A stretch of DNA of 64,000 bases from NCBI GenBank assembly GCA_963737065.1, contig CAVTRC010000001.1:1792001-1856000 (forward strand), written 5' to 3'. Under the pieces are notes generated by a model that had not been told where the DNA came from, searched no databases, and saw only the letters and a list, made by a program, of their open reading frames with translations. This stretch comes from Candidatus Eremiobacteria bacterium (lineage in GTDB: Bacteria > Vulcanimicrobiota > Vulcanimicrobiia > Vulcanimicrobiales > Vulcanimicrobiaceae). Both the position numbers and the translations under genes were made by a program. This document shows, piece after piece, positions 1 to 8,123 of this stretch (the first letter of the stretch is position 1; each line of letters begins with the position of its first letter).

Positions 1-794
1 AGCGGCTGACCGACTTCGAGCATCACGTAGTTCGAGATGTCGACGAGATTGTTGATCGGCCGCTGGCCGGCGAGCGCGAGGCGAATCCGCATCCACGCGG
101 GCGCGCGGGCGACGGTAACGCCGTCAAATTGTTGCGCGACGAAGCGTTTGCACGCGGTTGAATCCAGCGTAACCACCGGTGCGCTCGAGCCTGGATCCGC
201 GTCGAGTCCCGGATTTTCGAACGACGGCGCGCGCAACGGCACGCGGTACGATGCGGCCAGTTCGCGAGCAAGTCCGAGCATGCACATCGCATCGACGCGG
301 TTGCTCGTGACTTCTACTTCCAGTACGTCGTCCCCGAGACCGAAAAGATCGATGACGTTCGTCCCGAGCGGCGTGTTACCGTCGAGTTGCATGATGCCCT
401 CTTCAAACCACTCGGGCGTAAGCGCTAGCTCGTCCGCGGAGATCATCATGCCTTCGGATTCGACGCCGCGCATTTTACGGCGCTCGATCGTCAGGTCCGG
501 CAACTTCGAACCGATCGTTGCGACCGGGATCACCTGTCCCCGCGCGACATTGGTCGCGGCGGTCGCGATCGTCAGCGGCGCGCCGTTGCCGACGTCGATC
601 CGGCCGACGTGCAAACGGTCGGCATTCGGATGTTTTTCTAGCTCCGCAATCTTCCCCACGACGACACCGCTGATCGCCGGCCGGCGAACGATTTCTTCAA
701 CCGGAAAGCCAAGCATTGCGAGACGTTCTGCAATCGCTTCGGAATCATCGGGCAGTTCGACGTATTGCCGCAACCAGCTAATCGGAACGCGCAA
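1..794 (-). CDS. pheT: Phenylalanine--tRNA ligase beta subunit (5' part; runs off window)
   Basis: Own translation from TTG at 794: MRVPISWLRQYVELPDDSEAIAERLAMLGFPVEEI...KHPNADRL...MRGVESEGMMIS...EVTSNRVDAMCMLGLARELAA. GGAGAG RBS upstream; directly downstream of pheS. Not in the ORF track (edge-truncated). Confidence 0.96.
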   Translation of the reverse strand, partial: MRVPISWLRQYVELPDDSEAIAERLAMLGFPVEEIVRRPAISGVVVGKIAELEKHPNADRLHVGRIDVGNGAPLTIATAATNVARGQVIPVATIGSKLPDLTIERRKMRGVESEGMMISADELALTPEWFEEGIMQLDGNTPLGTNVIDLFGLGDDVLEVEVTSNRVDAMCMLGLARELAASYRVPLRAPSFENPGLDADPGSSAPVVTLDSTACKRFVAQQFDGVTVARAPAWMRIRLALAGQRPINNLVDISNYVMLEVGQP

Positions 795-817
795 TTCTTC
801 TAAACTCTCCTTATTAA

Positions 818-865
818 CCTGAGCCGTGTCGAAGGGCCTTTGTAATCCTGAGCCGTGTCGAACGG
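818..865. repeat. Two tandem REP-like units (CCTGAGCCGTGTCGAA, 29-bp period)
   Basis: Identical 16-mers at 818-833 and 847-862 in the pheS-pheT spacer. Confidence 0.7.
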
Positions 866-866
866 T

Positions 867-1901
867 CTAGGCGAGTTGTTTGAGGAAATCGGGGTCGCTT
901 TCGACGAAGCGACGGATATCGTCGATGTCGTAGCGCGTCAAACCGAGCCGTTCGATACCGAACCCAAACGCCCAGCCGGTGTAGATCTCGGGATCGTAAC
1001 CTACTTCACGCAAGACGTTGGGATGCACCATGCCGGAGCCGCCGAGTTCGATCCAACCCGAGCCGCCGCACATGTTGCACGCGGCGCGTTCTCCTTTGCA
1101 CTTCGGACACGTCGTGTCGACTTCGGCGCTCGGTTCGGTGAATGGGAAAAACGACGGGCGAAACCGCACGCGTTGATCGCGGCCGAAGAGCTCACGGCAC
1201 AAACCGGTCAGCATTCCCTTGAGATGGCCGAAGTGAACGCCTTCCGCTACGAGCAAACCTTCGATTTGATGGAACTGGAAGAGATGGCGCGCATCCACGG
1301 CATCGCGGCGATAACAACGGCCGGGCGCAACGATGGCAATCGGGGGTTGATGCTGCTGCATCGTGCGAATCTGCATCGGAGACGTGTGCGGACGCAGAAG
1401 CAACGTCTCCGTGATGAAGAACGAATCGAATCCTTCGCGCGCAGGATGCGTCGGCGGAATGTTGAGCGCATCGAAGTTGTAGTAGTCGGGTTCAACTTCC
1501 GGGCCGAGGACGACCGCAAAACCGTGCCGTTCGAAATAGTTGCAGGCATCGCGCAGCACTCGGCGCACGGGATGAATTGCGCCGGACGGCGCTTCGATTG
1601 ACGGAAACGTGACGTCGATCTCTTGCGAAAGCTCCTCGTCAAATGCGCGATTTTCGAGTGTTGCGGCTGCGCGCGACAGCGTCGCCTCCATCCGCTCAAC
1701 CGCGGCGTTGATGATCTTCCCCGCATCGGGACGCTCCGCAGCGGGGAGTTGCCCAATGCCGCGCCGCAATGCCGTCACTTCTCCGCTGCGCCCGAGGTAT
1801 GCAACGCGCACCGCCTCCAACGCCCGCTCGTCCGCCGCACCGGCGACGGCATCGTCGAAACGCCGTTCGAGGTCTCCGAGTCTTCCGTGTAGTTCACTCA
1901 C
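867..1901 (-). CDS. pheS: Phenylalanine--tRNA ligase alpha subunit
   Basis: Motifs YNFDALNIP-HPAR, LLRPHTSPMQIR, FHQIEGL, RFRPSFFPFTEPSAE, GWAFGFGIERL. Start GTG 1901 is approximate. Confidence 0.98.
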   Translation of the reverse strand: MSELHGRLGDLERRFDDAVAGAADERALEAVRVAYLGRSGEVTALRRGIGQLPAAERPDAGKIINAAVERMEATLSRAAATLENRAFDEELSQEIDVTFPSIEAPSGAIHPVRRVLRDACNYFERHGFAVVLGPEVEPDYYNFDALNIPPTHPAREGFDSFFITETLLLRPHTSPMQIRTMQQHQPPIAIVAPGRCYRRDAVDARHLFQFHQIEGLLVAEGVHFGHLKGMLTGLCRELFGRDQRVRFRPSFFPFTEPSAEVDTTCPKCKGERAACNMCGGSGWIELGGSGMVHPNVLREVGYDPEIYTGWAFGFGIERLGLTRYDIDDIRRFVESDPDFLKQLA

Positions 1902-1917
1902 GTACCATGTCATCCAC

Positions 1918-1950
1918 AAAAGTAAAACGCCCGGTAATTATACCGGGCGC
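1918..1950 (-). terminator. Intrinsic terminator-like hairpin after yqzL, just upstream of pheS
   Basis: Minus strand GCGCCCGGTA-TAAT-TACCGGGCGT followed by TTTACTTTT. Confidence 0.75.
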
Positions 1951-1987
1951 TTCGTTCATCTGACGTTGACTTCTTCCGACTATGCGT

Positions 1988-2089
1988 TCAGCCGGGACTT
2001 GGTGCACCGTAAATGCGACGGTATGCAAGATAGGCGCTGATCGAGCCCGTTTGGGCGAAGAGTTTCCAGAAAAGATCGCTGCTTGCCAT
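1988..2089 (-). CDS. yqzL: YqzL-family small protein (33 aa)
   Basis: MASSDLFWKLFAQTGSISAYLAYRRIYGAPSPG matches the YqzL pattern FWxxFxxTGxIxAYLxY; AGAAGGAG RBS upstream. Below the ORF-track size cutoff. Confidence 0.85.
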   Translation of the reverse strand: MASSDLFWKLFAQTGSISAYLAYRRIYGAPSPG

Positions 2090-2147
2090 GCTTGCTGAGG
2101 TCTCCTTCTAGCCGTCGGATTCCGGCCTGCGCCGTTGGACTGAAGGC

Positions 2148-2208
2148 ATTTTACCATGTGACTTTTGGCACCGGTAGTCTTGACTTTTTCCCCGGATCTT
2201 ACTGACTT
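2148..2208 (-). promoter_or_regulatory. Putative extended -10 (TGGTAAAAT) with three phased AAGTCA boxes upstream of yqzL
   Basis: TGACTT on the + strand at 2159, 2181 and 2203 (22-bp period); ATTTTACCA at about 2148-2156. Confidence 0.5.
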
Positions 2209-2337
2209 GACAACGTTGCAGCCGGCTATCTCGGGCCAACGATTCGCCCGGTTTCCGTGACGCGTCGTTCCGCGTGCTACACGGCGCAGGCACCCTTGCT
2301 AGGAGTACTGGCGACCGCGTTGCGGCAATGCGCGCGC

Positions 2338-3108
2338 CTAACCGGCCGACGTAAGCGCGTAGAGTGCAATAGATCCCGCAACCGCGGCGTTCAAGGACTC
2401 CGCTTGGCCGATCATTGGTATCGCGATACGGCGGTTGCAGTAGCGCGCCCACGGCCCCAAGCCGCGCCGTTCGTGTCCGACGACCAACGCCGTTCTTTCA
2501 CTCCTCCTCACATCGCGAACACGTTCGCCGCGTACGTCGAGGCCGAGGAATTCCGCGCCGAATCGGCTCGCGACGACTGCGGCGATCTCCGGTTGCGCGA
2601 CGGCGACGGCGAGGCGAAAGATCGAGCCCATTGCCGCGCGCACGACCTTTGGATGATATGGCTCGACGCCGGAGGGGTCGAAAACGATGCCGCGGGCTCC
2701 AAACGCTTCGGCCGAACGCAGCAACGTGCCGGCGTTTCCCGGATCGCTGATGCCGGCGAGGATGACGGACAGCTGCGAGGACAGCACGTCGTCGAGCGGC
2801 GCGTAGCGCACGGGCGCCACCGCAATGATGCCGCTCGGCGTTTCGACGTCGGAGAGCTTCTGCGCCGTGCGTTCGTCGATGATGTAAACCGCCGTACCGC
2901 TCGCTTCCATTTCCCGAACGAGCGGCTCGCGGTCGTACGCATCGCGGCGTGCGAAGATTTCAAAAATCGGCGCGCCTGTATGGACCGCTTCCCGAAGAAG
3001 CGTCGGCCCTTCAAACGCGAACCGCTGCTGCTCTTTTCTCGCCTTTGATGTTGAGAGTGCCCGAGCAAGACGCACGCGTTCGCCGTGCGCGCCCGCTACC
3101 GTGGCCAT
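2338..3108 (-). CDS. TrmH/SpoU family RNA methyltransferase
   Basis: DPGNAGTLLRSAEAFG, VVGHERRGL, IPMIGQAESLNAAVA SPOUT motifs. Confidence 0.95.
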   Translation of the reverse strand: MATVAGAHGERVRLARALSTSKARKEQQRFAFEGPTLLREAVHTGAPIFEIFARRDAYDREPLVREMEASGTAVYIIDERTAQKLSDVETPSGIIAVAPVRYAPLDDVLSSQLSVILAGISDPGNAGTLLRSAEAFGARGIVFDPSGVEPYHPKVVRAAMGSIFRLAVAVAQPEIAAVVASRFGAEFLGLDVRGERVRDVRRSERTALVVGHERRGLGPWARYCNRRIAIPMIGQAESLNAAVAGSIALYALTSAG

Positions 3109-3299
3109 CGCGCGCGAACCGCAATCATGAGGACACCGGCAATGATGGCCGAGAGCACAACGGCGATCTTATCGTTGAAATGATGTGGCACGACGAAGAT
3201 GTTGAAGGCATAAACGAGCAGCACGAACGTCGCGAAAAAGAACGCGAGCCAGCCGAGCTCGGCGAGAAGCGACGACCGTTGTTGCACGAACAAACGCAT
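3096..3299 (-). CDS. Small two-TM membrane protein
   Basis: Two hydrophobic segments (LGWLAFFFATFVLLVYAFNIFVV; IAVVLSAIIAGVLMIAV); stop overlaps the TrmH start; start uncertain. Confidence 0.6.
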   Translation of the reverse strand: MRLFVQQRSSLLAELGWLAFFFATFVLLVYAFNIFVVPHHFNDKIAVVLSAIIAGVLMIAVRARWPR

Positions 3300-3300
3300 T

Positions 3301-3861
3301 ATGGATACGAAGCCGCAAGTCATCTCCAGCATCCCGCGCTTCAGCGGGCGCATTTTTCGCGTGCGAACCGACGAAGTACGTTATCCTGACGGCGCAACGC
3401 ATGCGGTCGACATCGTACAGCACGGCGCGTCGGCGGCGATCGTCGCCGCGACGGACGCGGATGAAATTGTGCTCGTGCGTCAATACCGGCACGCGCTCGG
3501 ACGCGAGGTATGGGAAATCCCGGCGGGTCGCGCGGAGCCGGGCGAGAGCGCGGCGCATTGCGCCGCGCGAGAGCTCACCGAGGAAACCGGCTACACGGCT
3601 GCATCGATGCGCCCGCTTGGCGGAGTCGCAATGACGCCCGGTTTTTGCGACGAAGTGATCTACTTCTTTTATGCCACGGCGCTGTCGGCGGGCAAACAGT
3701 CGCTCGATGAGGACGAGCGAATTAAAGTCGAGTCCTATCCGCTCGAACGAGCGCGGCGCCTCATTGAAATCGGCGAAATAGCGGATGCTAAGACGGTCAT
3801 CGCGTTGCAGTGGTTTGCGGGAAGTCGCGCTGAACTTGTCGGGAGTCGTGCCGATAATTGA
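3301..3861 (+). CDS. NUDIX hydrolase, ADP-ribose pyrophosphatase-like
   Basis: Nudix box EIPAGRAEPGESAAHCAARELTEETGY; LVRQYRH and TPGFCDE as in NudF. Confidence 0.92.
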   Translation: MDTKPQVISSIPRFSGRIFRVRTDEVRYPDGATHAVDIVQHGASAAIVAATDADEIVLVRQYRHALGREVWEIPAGRAEPGESAAHCAARELTEETGYTAASMRPLGGVAMTPGFCDEVIYFFYATALSAGKQSLDEDERIKVESYPLERARRLIEIGEIADAKTVIALQWFAGSRAELVGSRADN

Positions 3862-3923
3862 GGTACGGGTGAGGGACTACGGTGCTCGGTTTTGCACGGT
3901 GGCGATTCACCATGGAGGATTTT

Positions 3924-4202
3924 GTGGAAGTACCACGCGACATCGATGCCGTGTTGCGGCGTTTGTTAGAGGCTCCGGTCGACACGGTAGATCAGTCGAT
4001 GCTCGCGCCCGAGGACGAAGCGTACCTCTCGTCGCTCGTGGCTGCGGTTCGTTCGGGACGCCGAGCGGTGTTGATCGTTGAAGACGCCGACGAACGGCTT
4101 CGTTATATGTTCAGCAATGCAACGCGTGCGGAAGCCGTCACCATGCTCGGCAAAGTGGTCGAAGCAACGGGGCGGCGCATCTCAGACGGCGACAACGAAT
4201 AA
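3924..4202 (+). CDS. Hypothetical protein
   Basis: GGAGG at 3914-3918 precedes GTG 3924 (alternative ATG 3912); fills the gap with a plausible protein. Confidence 0.6.
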   Translation: MEVPRDIDAVLRRLLEAPVDTVDQSMLAPEDEAYLSSLVAAVRSGRRAVLIVEDADERLRYMFSNATRAEAVTMLGKVVEATGRRISDGDNE

Positions 4203-4208
4203 CGATCT

Positions 4209-5606
4209 TTATGGCGCGAGCACGAGGCCGTCGATTTTTCCGTCCTTGGTAAGCGTTAGTTTGTAGTGGTAGTGATCGTGCGGGAAACGCACGAAAAACT
4301 CGTAGACGACGTCACCGTCGTCGCCCGAAGTGCTTGCAATCGGCACTAACACTTGCGGCTTGCCGAGTGCCGCAAAATCCGATCGTGCCACGAGCGGATC
4401 CGTAAGGTAGGCTGAAAATGCCGGCGTTAATTGCGTCCGGTCGATCCGCTTATCCGCAATTCGCGCCAGCCACTCACGCGCTTTTGCCATCACGGTGTTG
4501 TCGATGTGCATCGCCGCAGGCGGGATCAGGATGTCGAGCACGTCCGCTGCGATCGCTTCCGGTGACGCAACCCGCCGGCTCGCAAAACGGTCGGTGTTTT
4601 CCAGCACCACCACGGCGATATTGTCATCGGGCAAAATCGCGTTCATCGCAAGATAACCGGCGATTTCGCCGTTATGCCAGATGTAACGCTTTCCGCCGCG
4701 TTCATCGATCACCCAGCCCAGTCCATACTGTGCTTCACCCGGTGCGCCGCTCGGCGTGAACATCGTGCGCTCTGCATCTACACGCAGGAGCAGCGGCAGC
4801 CCGATATCCCATTTTGCGAGATCGTAGATGTTCGTGACGAGGCCTTCCGCGCCGAAAAGCCACGCGGGATCCCACGTATCTGCACGGCGAAAATGGCCTG
4901 GCGAGCCGGTATAGCCGAGCGCATGCGTTGGCGAAATCCCACGATCGCCCGCATAAAACGATGCGCTCATGACGAGCGGCAAAAAGATGTGTTGCTGCAA
5001 GTAGTCGGAGAGCGGAATCCCGCTCGCGCGCTCGACGACGAGACCCGCGATCATGTAGTTGAGGTTGTTGTACTGGAACTTCGTGCCGGGTGCCGCTGAC
5101 GGTGTGAGTTTGTTGACGGCAGCGATGATGTCCAAGAGCTTTACCGTGTGCGTCAGATCGGCTTTCAGTCCGGGCGCCGATTGGTAGTCGGGTAGCCCCG
5201 AGGTTTGCTGAAGGAGCTGAGCGACCGTGACGTTCGGCGCAACGGTCAGTTCCGGGACGTACTTTGTGACCTTGTCGTCGAGCTTCAGCTTCCCGTCTTG
5301 TTGCAGTAAGAGCACGGCTGCCGCCGTGAATTGCTCGCTGATGCCGCCGACGTAGAACTCGGTGTCCGGAGCGACCGGGCGTTTCGCGCCGAGGTCGCCG
5401 AATCCAAACCCGCGGGCGTATACAACCCGTCCGTCTTCTACGACGGCGATCGCCAGTCCGGGCGCGCGCTTATCCCGCCGCACTTGGAAACCAAGGGCGT
5501 CGATCCGCTCGGCCGTCTTGGCCGTGAAGGTATGCAAAGGAGGTCCCGCACTAGGAGTGGGGGACGCGCTCAGGACCGCCAGCCCGAGAGCAAGGCAGAT
5601 TAGCAT
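4209..5606 (-). CDS. Exported beta-lactamase-family serine hydrolase homologue with degenerate SxxK
   Basis: Signal peptide; PGLAIAVV, LLQQTSGL, FQYNNLNY, WHNGEIAGY; the catalytic SxxK position reads GISE. Confidence 0.88.
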   Translation of the reverse strand: MLICLALGLAVLSASPTPSAGPPLHTFTAKTAERIDALGFQVRRDKRAPGLAIAVVEDGRVVYARGFGFGDLGAKRPVAPDTEFYVGGISEQFTAAAVLLLQQDGKLKLDDKVTKYVPELTVAPNVTVAQLLQQTSGLPDYQSAPGLKADLTHTVKLLDIIAAVNKLTPSAAPGTKFQYNNLNYMIAGLVVERASGIPLSDYLQQHIFLPLVMSASFYAGDRGISPTHALGYTGSPGHFRRADTWDPAWLFGAEGLVTNIYDLAKWDIGLPLLLRVDAERTMFTPSGAPGEAQYGLGWVIDERGGKRYIWHNGEIAGYLAMNAILPDDNIAVVVLENTDRFASRRVASPEAIAADVLDILIPPAAMHIDNTVMAKAREWLARIADKRIDRTQLTPAFSAYLTDPLVARSDFAALGKPQVLVPIASTSGDDGDVVYEFFVRFPHDHYHYKLTLTKDGKIDGLVLAP

Positions 5607-5624
5607 AAGGTTGGTACGATTCCG

Positions 5625-6227
5625 TTAAAAGACCAGCCGTGCCTGGCCGACCATACGATCGTCCGTGAGCAACGCAAGCTGTTGCATGCGATGAGTTCGC
5701 GGTAAATATAAAACAGCGACGTCGCCATGAGGCACGGCGGTTCCAAGCATCGTCTGCCGGCCGTCGTGCATCCAAGCAACGTCCATCGGCTTTTTAGCAC
5801 CGCGGACGACCACACAATACCACGAACCGTCGGTTCCGTACATTACATCGGCGCGAATCCCGCTAAATTGGGCCACCCGATGCGGGGCGGAGGCGATCTG
5901 CGCTATCGCGGCGGCGTCCGTCAGCATCGCCTGGTGCATCGCGCGATCCTGTTCGTAGAAGTAAGCGCTTGGCAGCAAAGCGAGCAGGATGGCCGCCGCA
6001 AGCGCCGCCATCGCGCCCTGGCGCCACGACGCGCTGCGCCGAGGTTCTCCCGGCACGTCGAGCTGCGGTTGCGCGGCGGCCATGGCCGCGACGTCATCGT
6101 ACGCTTCAGCGAGGAGAAGAGCGCATGCTCGGCATTCCGCAACGTGCCCGTCGATGTCGGCGCGCCCGCGCTCATCGAGTAAACCGAGCGCATACAGCGC
6201 AGCGTCTGGGCCGATGTGTCCCGTCAT
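5625..6227 (-). CDS. Anti-sigma factor (zf-HC2, RskA-like)
   Basis: YALGLL then H-x3-C-x2-C (HVAECRAC), one TM segment; overlaps the ECF sigma stop. Confidence 0.85.
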   Translation of the reverse strand: MTGHIGPDAALYALGLLDERGRADIDGHVAECRACALLLAEAYDDVAAMAAAQPQLDVPGEPRRSASWRQGAMAALAAAILLALLPSAYFYEQDRAMHQAMLTDAAAIAQIASAPHRVAQFSGIRADVMYGTDGSWYCVVVRGAKKPMDVAWMHDGRQTMLGTAVPHGDVAVLYLPRTHRMQQLALLTDDRMVGQARLVF

Positions 6228-6766
6228 CGTCCGGCTCCAAGCGCGTCGCCAAGCTTCCGCAGTCCGCTCGCGATGCGGCTTTTGATCGTGCCGAGCGGCT
6301 GATCGAGTTCGCGCGCGATCTCCGTATGCGTCTTCTGCTCGTAGTATGCCATTTCGAGCGGGCGACGCTGTTCGGCGGGTAGCTGCCGCATCGCTGCGCG
6401 CAGCCGGTCGTGTTCGAGAACGTCGACGAACGGAGATTCGGAATGCTCGGGCGGTTCCGCAGCCATCCGTTCCGTCAAACGCACGCGCCGCGTTCTGGAG
6501 CGCAATCGCGTAATCGCTTCGTTGCGCACGCAGACGACGAGAAAGCTGCGCAGTGTTCCGCGCGTGCGCCTATACGAATCCGCGGAGCGCCAAACCCGCG
6601 CCAGTGCGTCCTGAACGCAATCTTGCGCGTCCTCGCGATCGTTGAGCACGTGATATGCGGTCGAATAGAGCAAATTCGCGAACCGTCTACACGCTTCGTC
6701 AAACGCCCACCGTGCTTTGGCGGCAAACGCTTCCGCCAGCGCCTCGTCGGAGGTTTCGCCCCGCAT
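6224..6766 (-). CDS. ECF sigma factor (SigK-like)
   Basis: DAQDCVQDALARVWR (region 2), LPAEQRRPLEMAYY...EIARELDQPLGTIKSRI (region 4). Start 6766 preferred over 6832, which abuts a terminator. Confidence 0.92.
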   Translation of the reverse strand: MRGETSDEALAEAFAAKARWAFDEACRRFANLLYSTAYHVLNDREDAQDCVQDALARVWRSADSYRRTRGTLRSFLVVCVRNEAITRLRSRTRRVRLTERMAAEPPEHSESPFVDVLEHDRLRAAMRQLPAEQRRPLEMAYYEQKTHTEIARELDQPLGTIKSRIASGLRKLGDALGAGR

Positions 6767-6832
6767 GCGGGCGTGCGTTCGACGGACGATGTCTTGCTGG
6801 CCTTGATTCGCCCACCGCAGCGAGGCGGTCAT

Positions 6833-6860
6833 AAAAAAAGAACGCCCGAAGCGGGCGTTC
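6833..6860 (-). terminator. Intrinsic terminator of the DUF4142 gene
   Basis: GAACGCCCG-CTT-CGGGCGTTC-TTTTTTT on the minus strand. Confidence 0.88.
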
Positions 6861-6894
6861 CGGATGACGAGTTCGTCGTTTATCCTCGACTACG

Positions 6895-7392
6895 CTAGTG
6901 TTGAAGCTTCGAGGCGGCGGCCGTGAACTTCTGGAGTTTTGCGACCTGTTGCTTCGCGAACGACTTCAGCGCCGGATCGGAAGCGCTCGTCGCAGCATCT
7001 TGGAAGTCGCTCAGCACCATCTGCGTGTCGACGTTGATGTCTTGCGCAAATTGTTGGTCGAACGACGCACCGGTGGACGACTGTAGCCGACCGTACTGCA
7101 TGTCGGCGCGGACCGGCGGCTTATTGCTGAGCGAGATGTTATGCGAAGCCGCGTATTTTTTTAGCCAAATGTTCGCCGTGTCGGCGTTCGCCGCAATTTC
7201 GTGAGCCAAGGCCTTGGCGCTTGCGTTCGATGCTTTGCTGCGTGCGAGCGCAGCGATTGCGTATTGGCCAAGGAGATCGGACTGCGCGGTGTTCACGAAG
7301 CTTTGATCGTTCGAGCTTGCCGCTTGGGCGATGCTGCCGCTGCCAAGCCCCGCGACAAGAACCGCCGCTATCATAGCTGTTGCGAATTTCAT
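6895..7392 (-). CDS. Exported DUF4142 (ferritin-like) protein
   Basis: Signal peptide MKFATAMIAAVLVAGLG; DQSFVNTA...LARSKASN...GASFDQQF...DPALKSFAKQ pattern. Confidence 0.8.
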   Translation of the reverse strand: MKFATAMIAAVLVAGLGSGSIAQAASSNDQSFVNTAQSDLLGQYAIAALARSKASNASAKALAHEIAANADTANIWLKKYAASHNISLSNKPPVRADMQYGRLQSSTGASFDQQFAQDINVDTQMVLSDFQDAATSASDPALKSFAKQQVAKLQKFTAAASKLQH

Positions 7393-7493
7393 ACGGACCG
7401 ATGTTCCCACTTTTGCTGGGAACAACATAAGAACGTGCCGGATGGGAGGGCGTACCGGGCAAGCGGGCCACGTAGCGCATGCGCCGGGCAGAT

Positions 7494-7520
7494 AAAAGGC
7501 CCGGCATTGCTGCCGGGCCT
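7494..7520 (-). terminator. Intrinsic terminator of infC-rpmI-rplT
   Basis: AGGCCCGGCA-GCAA-TGCCGGGCCT-TTTA on the minus strand. Confidence 0.85.
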
Positions 7521-7541
7521 GAATGAATACGGAAATAGCGG

Positions 7542-7901
7542 TTACTTTCCGACTGCGCCCTTCGCCATTTTCACGAGTGAGTTGAAGGCTGTTGCATCGC
7601 TGATCGCGAGCTCGCTCAGCGCTTTGCGGTTCAGCGTGACGCCCGACTTCTTCAGGCCGTTCATGAACACCGAGTACGTGAGCCCTTCGCGGCGGACGGC
7701 GGCATTGATGCGGCTGATCCACAGCGAGCGGAAGTCACGCTTGCGCACGCGCCGATCGCGGAACGCATACGCCAGTGACTTCAGCAGCGCTTCGTTGGCG
7801 ACGCGGTAGTTGCGGCGGCGCGCGGCGCGGAAGCCCTTGACGAGCTTCATGACTTTGCGGCGATGCTTGATTCCGTGAGAGCCGCGCTTGATACGTGCCA
7901 T
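7542..7901 (-). CDS. rplT: 50S ribosomal protein L20
   Basis: MARIKRG...YAFRDRRVRKRDFRSLWISRINAA...LNRKALSELA. Confidence 0.99.
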   Translation of the reverse strand: MARIKRGSHGIKHRRKVMKLVKGFRAARRRNYRVANEALLKSLAYAFRDRRVRKRDFRSLWISRINAAVRREGLTYSVFMNGLKKSGVTLNRKALSELAISDATAFNSLVKMAKGAVGK

Positions 7902-7916
7902 TTGGTTCGGCCCCTC

Positions 7917-8123
7917 CTATACCAAGTACGGAATCGTCGGCGCCAAGCGCTTCAAATCGCCCTTGAACGTCGGCTGATCCTTACGGAAATTGCGCTTGCG
8001 CTTACGCGACTTTTTGCTGAGAATGTGGCCGCAGCCGTCGAATTGATGCCGATGCATGACCTTGCCGGTCGCCGTCACTTTGACGCGCTTCGCGGTACCA
8101 CGATGGGTACGGATCTTAGGCAC
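7917..8123 (-). CDS. rpmI: 50S ribosomal protein L35
   Basis: GTG start with AAGGAG RBS; MPKIRTHRGTAKRVKVTATGKV...HILSKKSRKRKR. Confidence 0.97.
   Translation of the reverse strand: MPKIRTHRGTAKRVKVTATGKVMHRHQFDGCGHILSKKSRKRKRNFRKDQPTFKGDLKRLAPTIPYLV

Noticed and set aside
1900..2330. T-box riboswitch for pheST
   Set aside because: No T-box consensus; the space is occupied by the YqzL ORF
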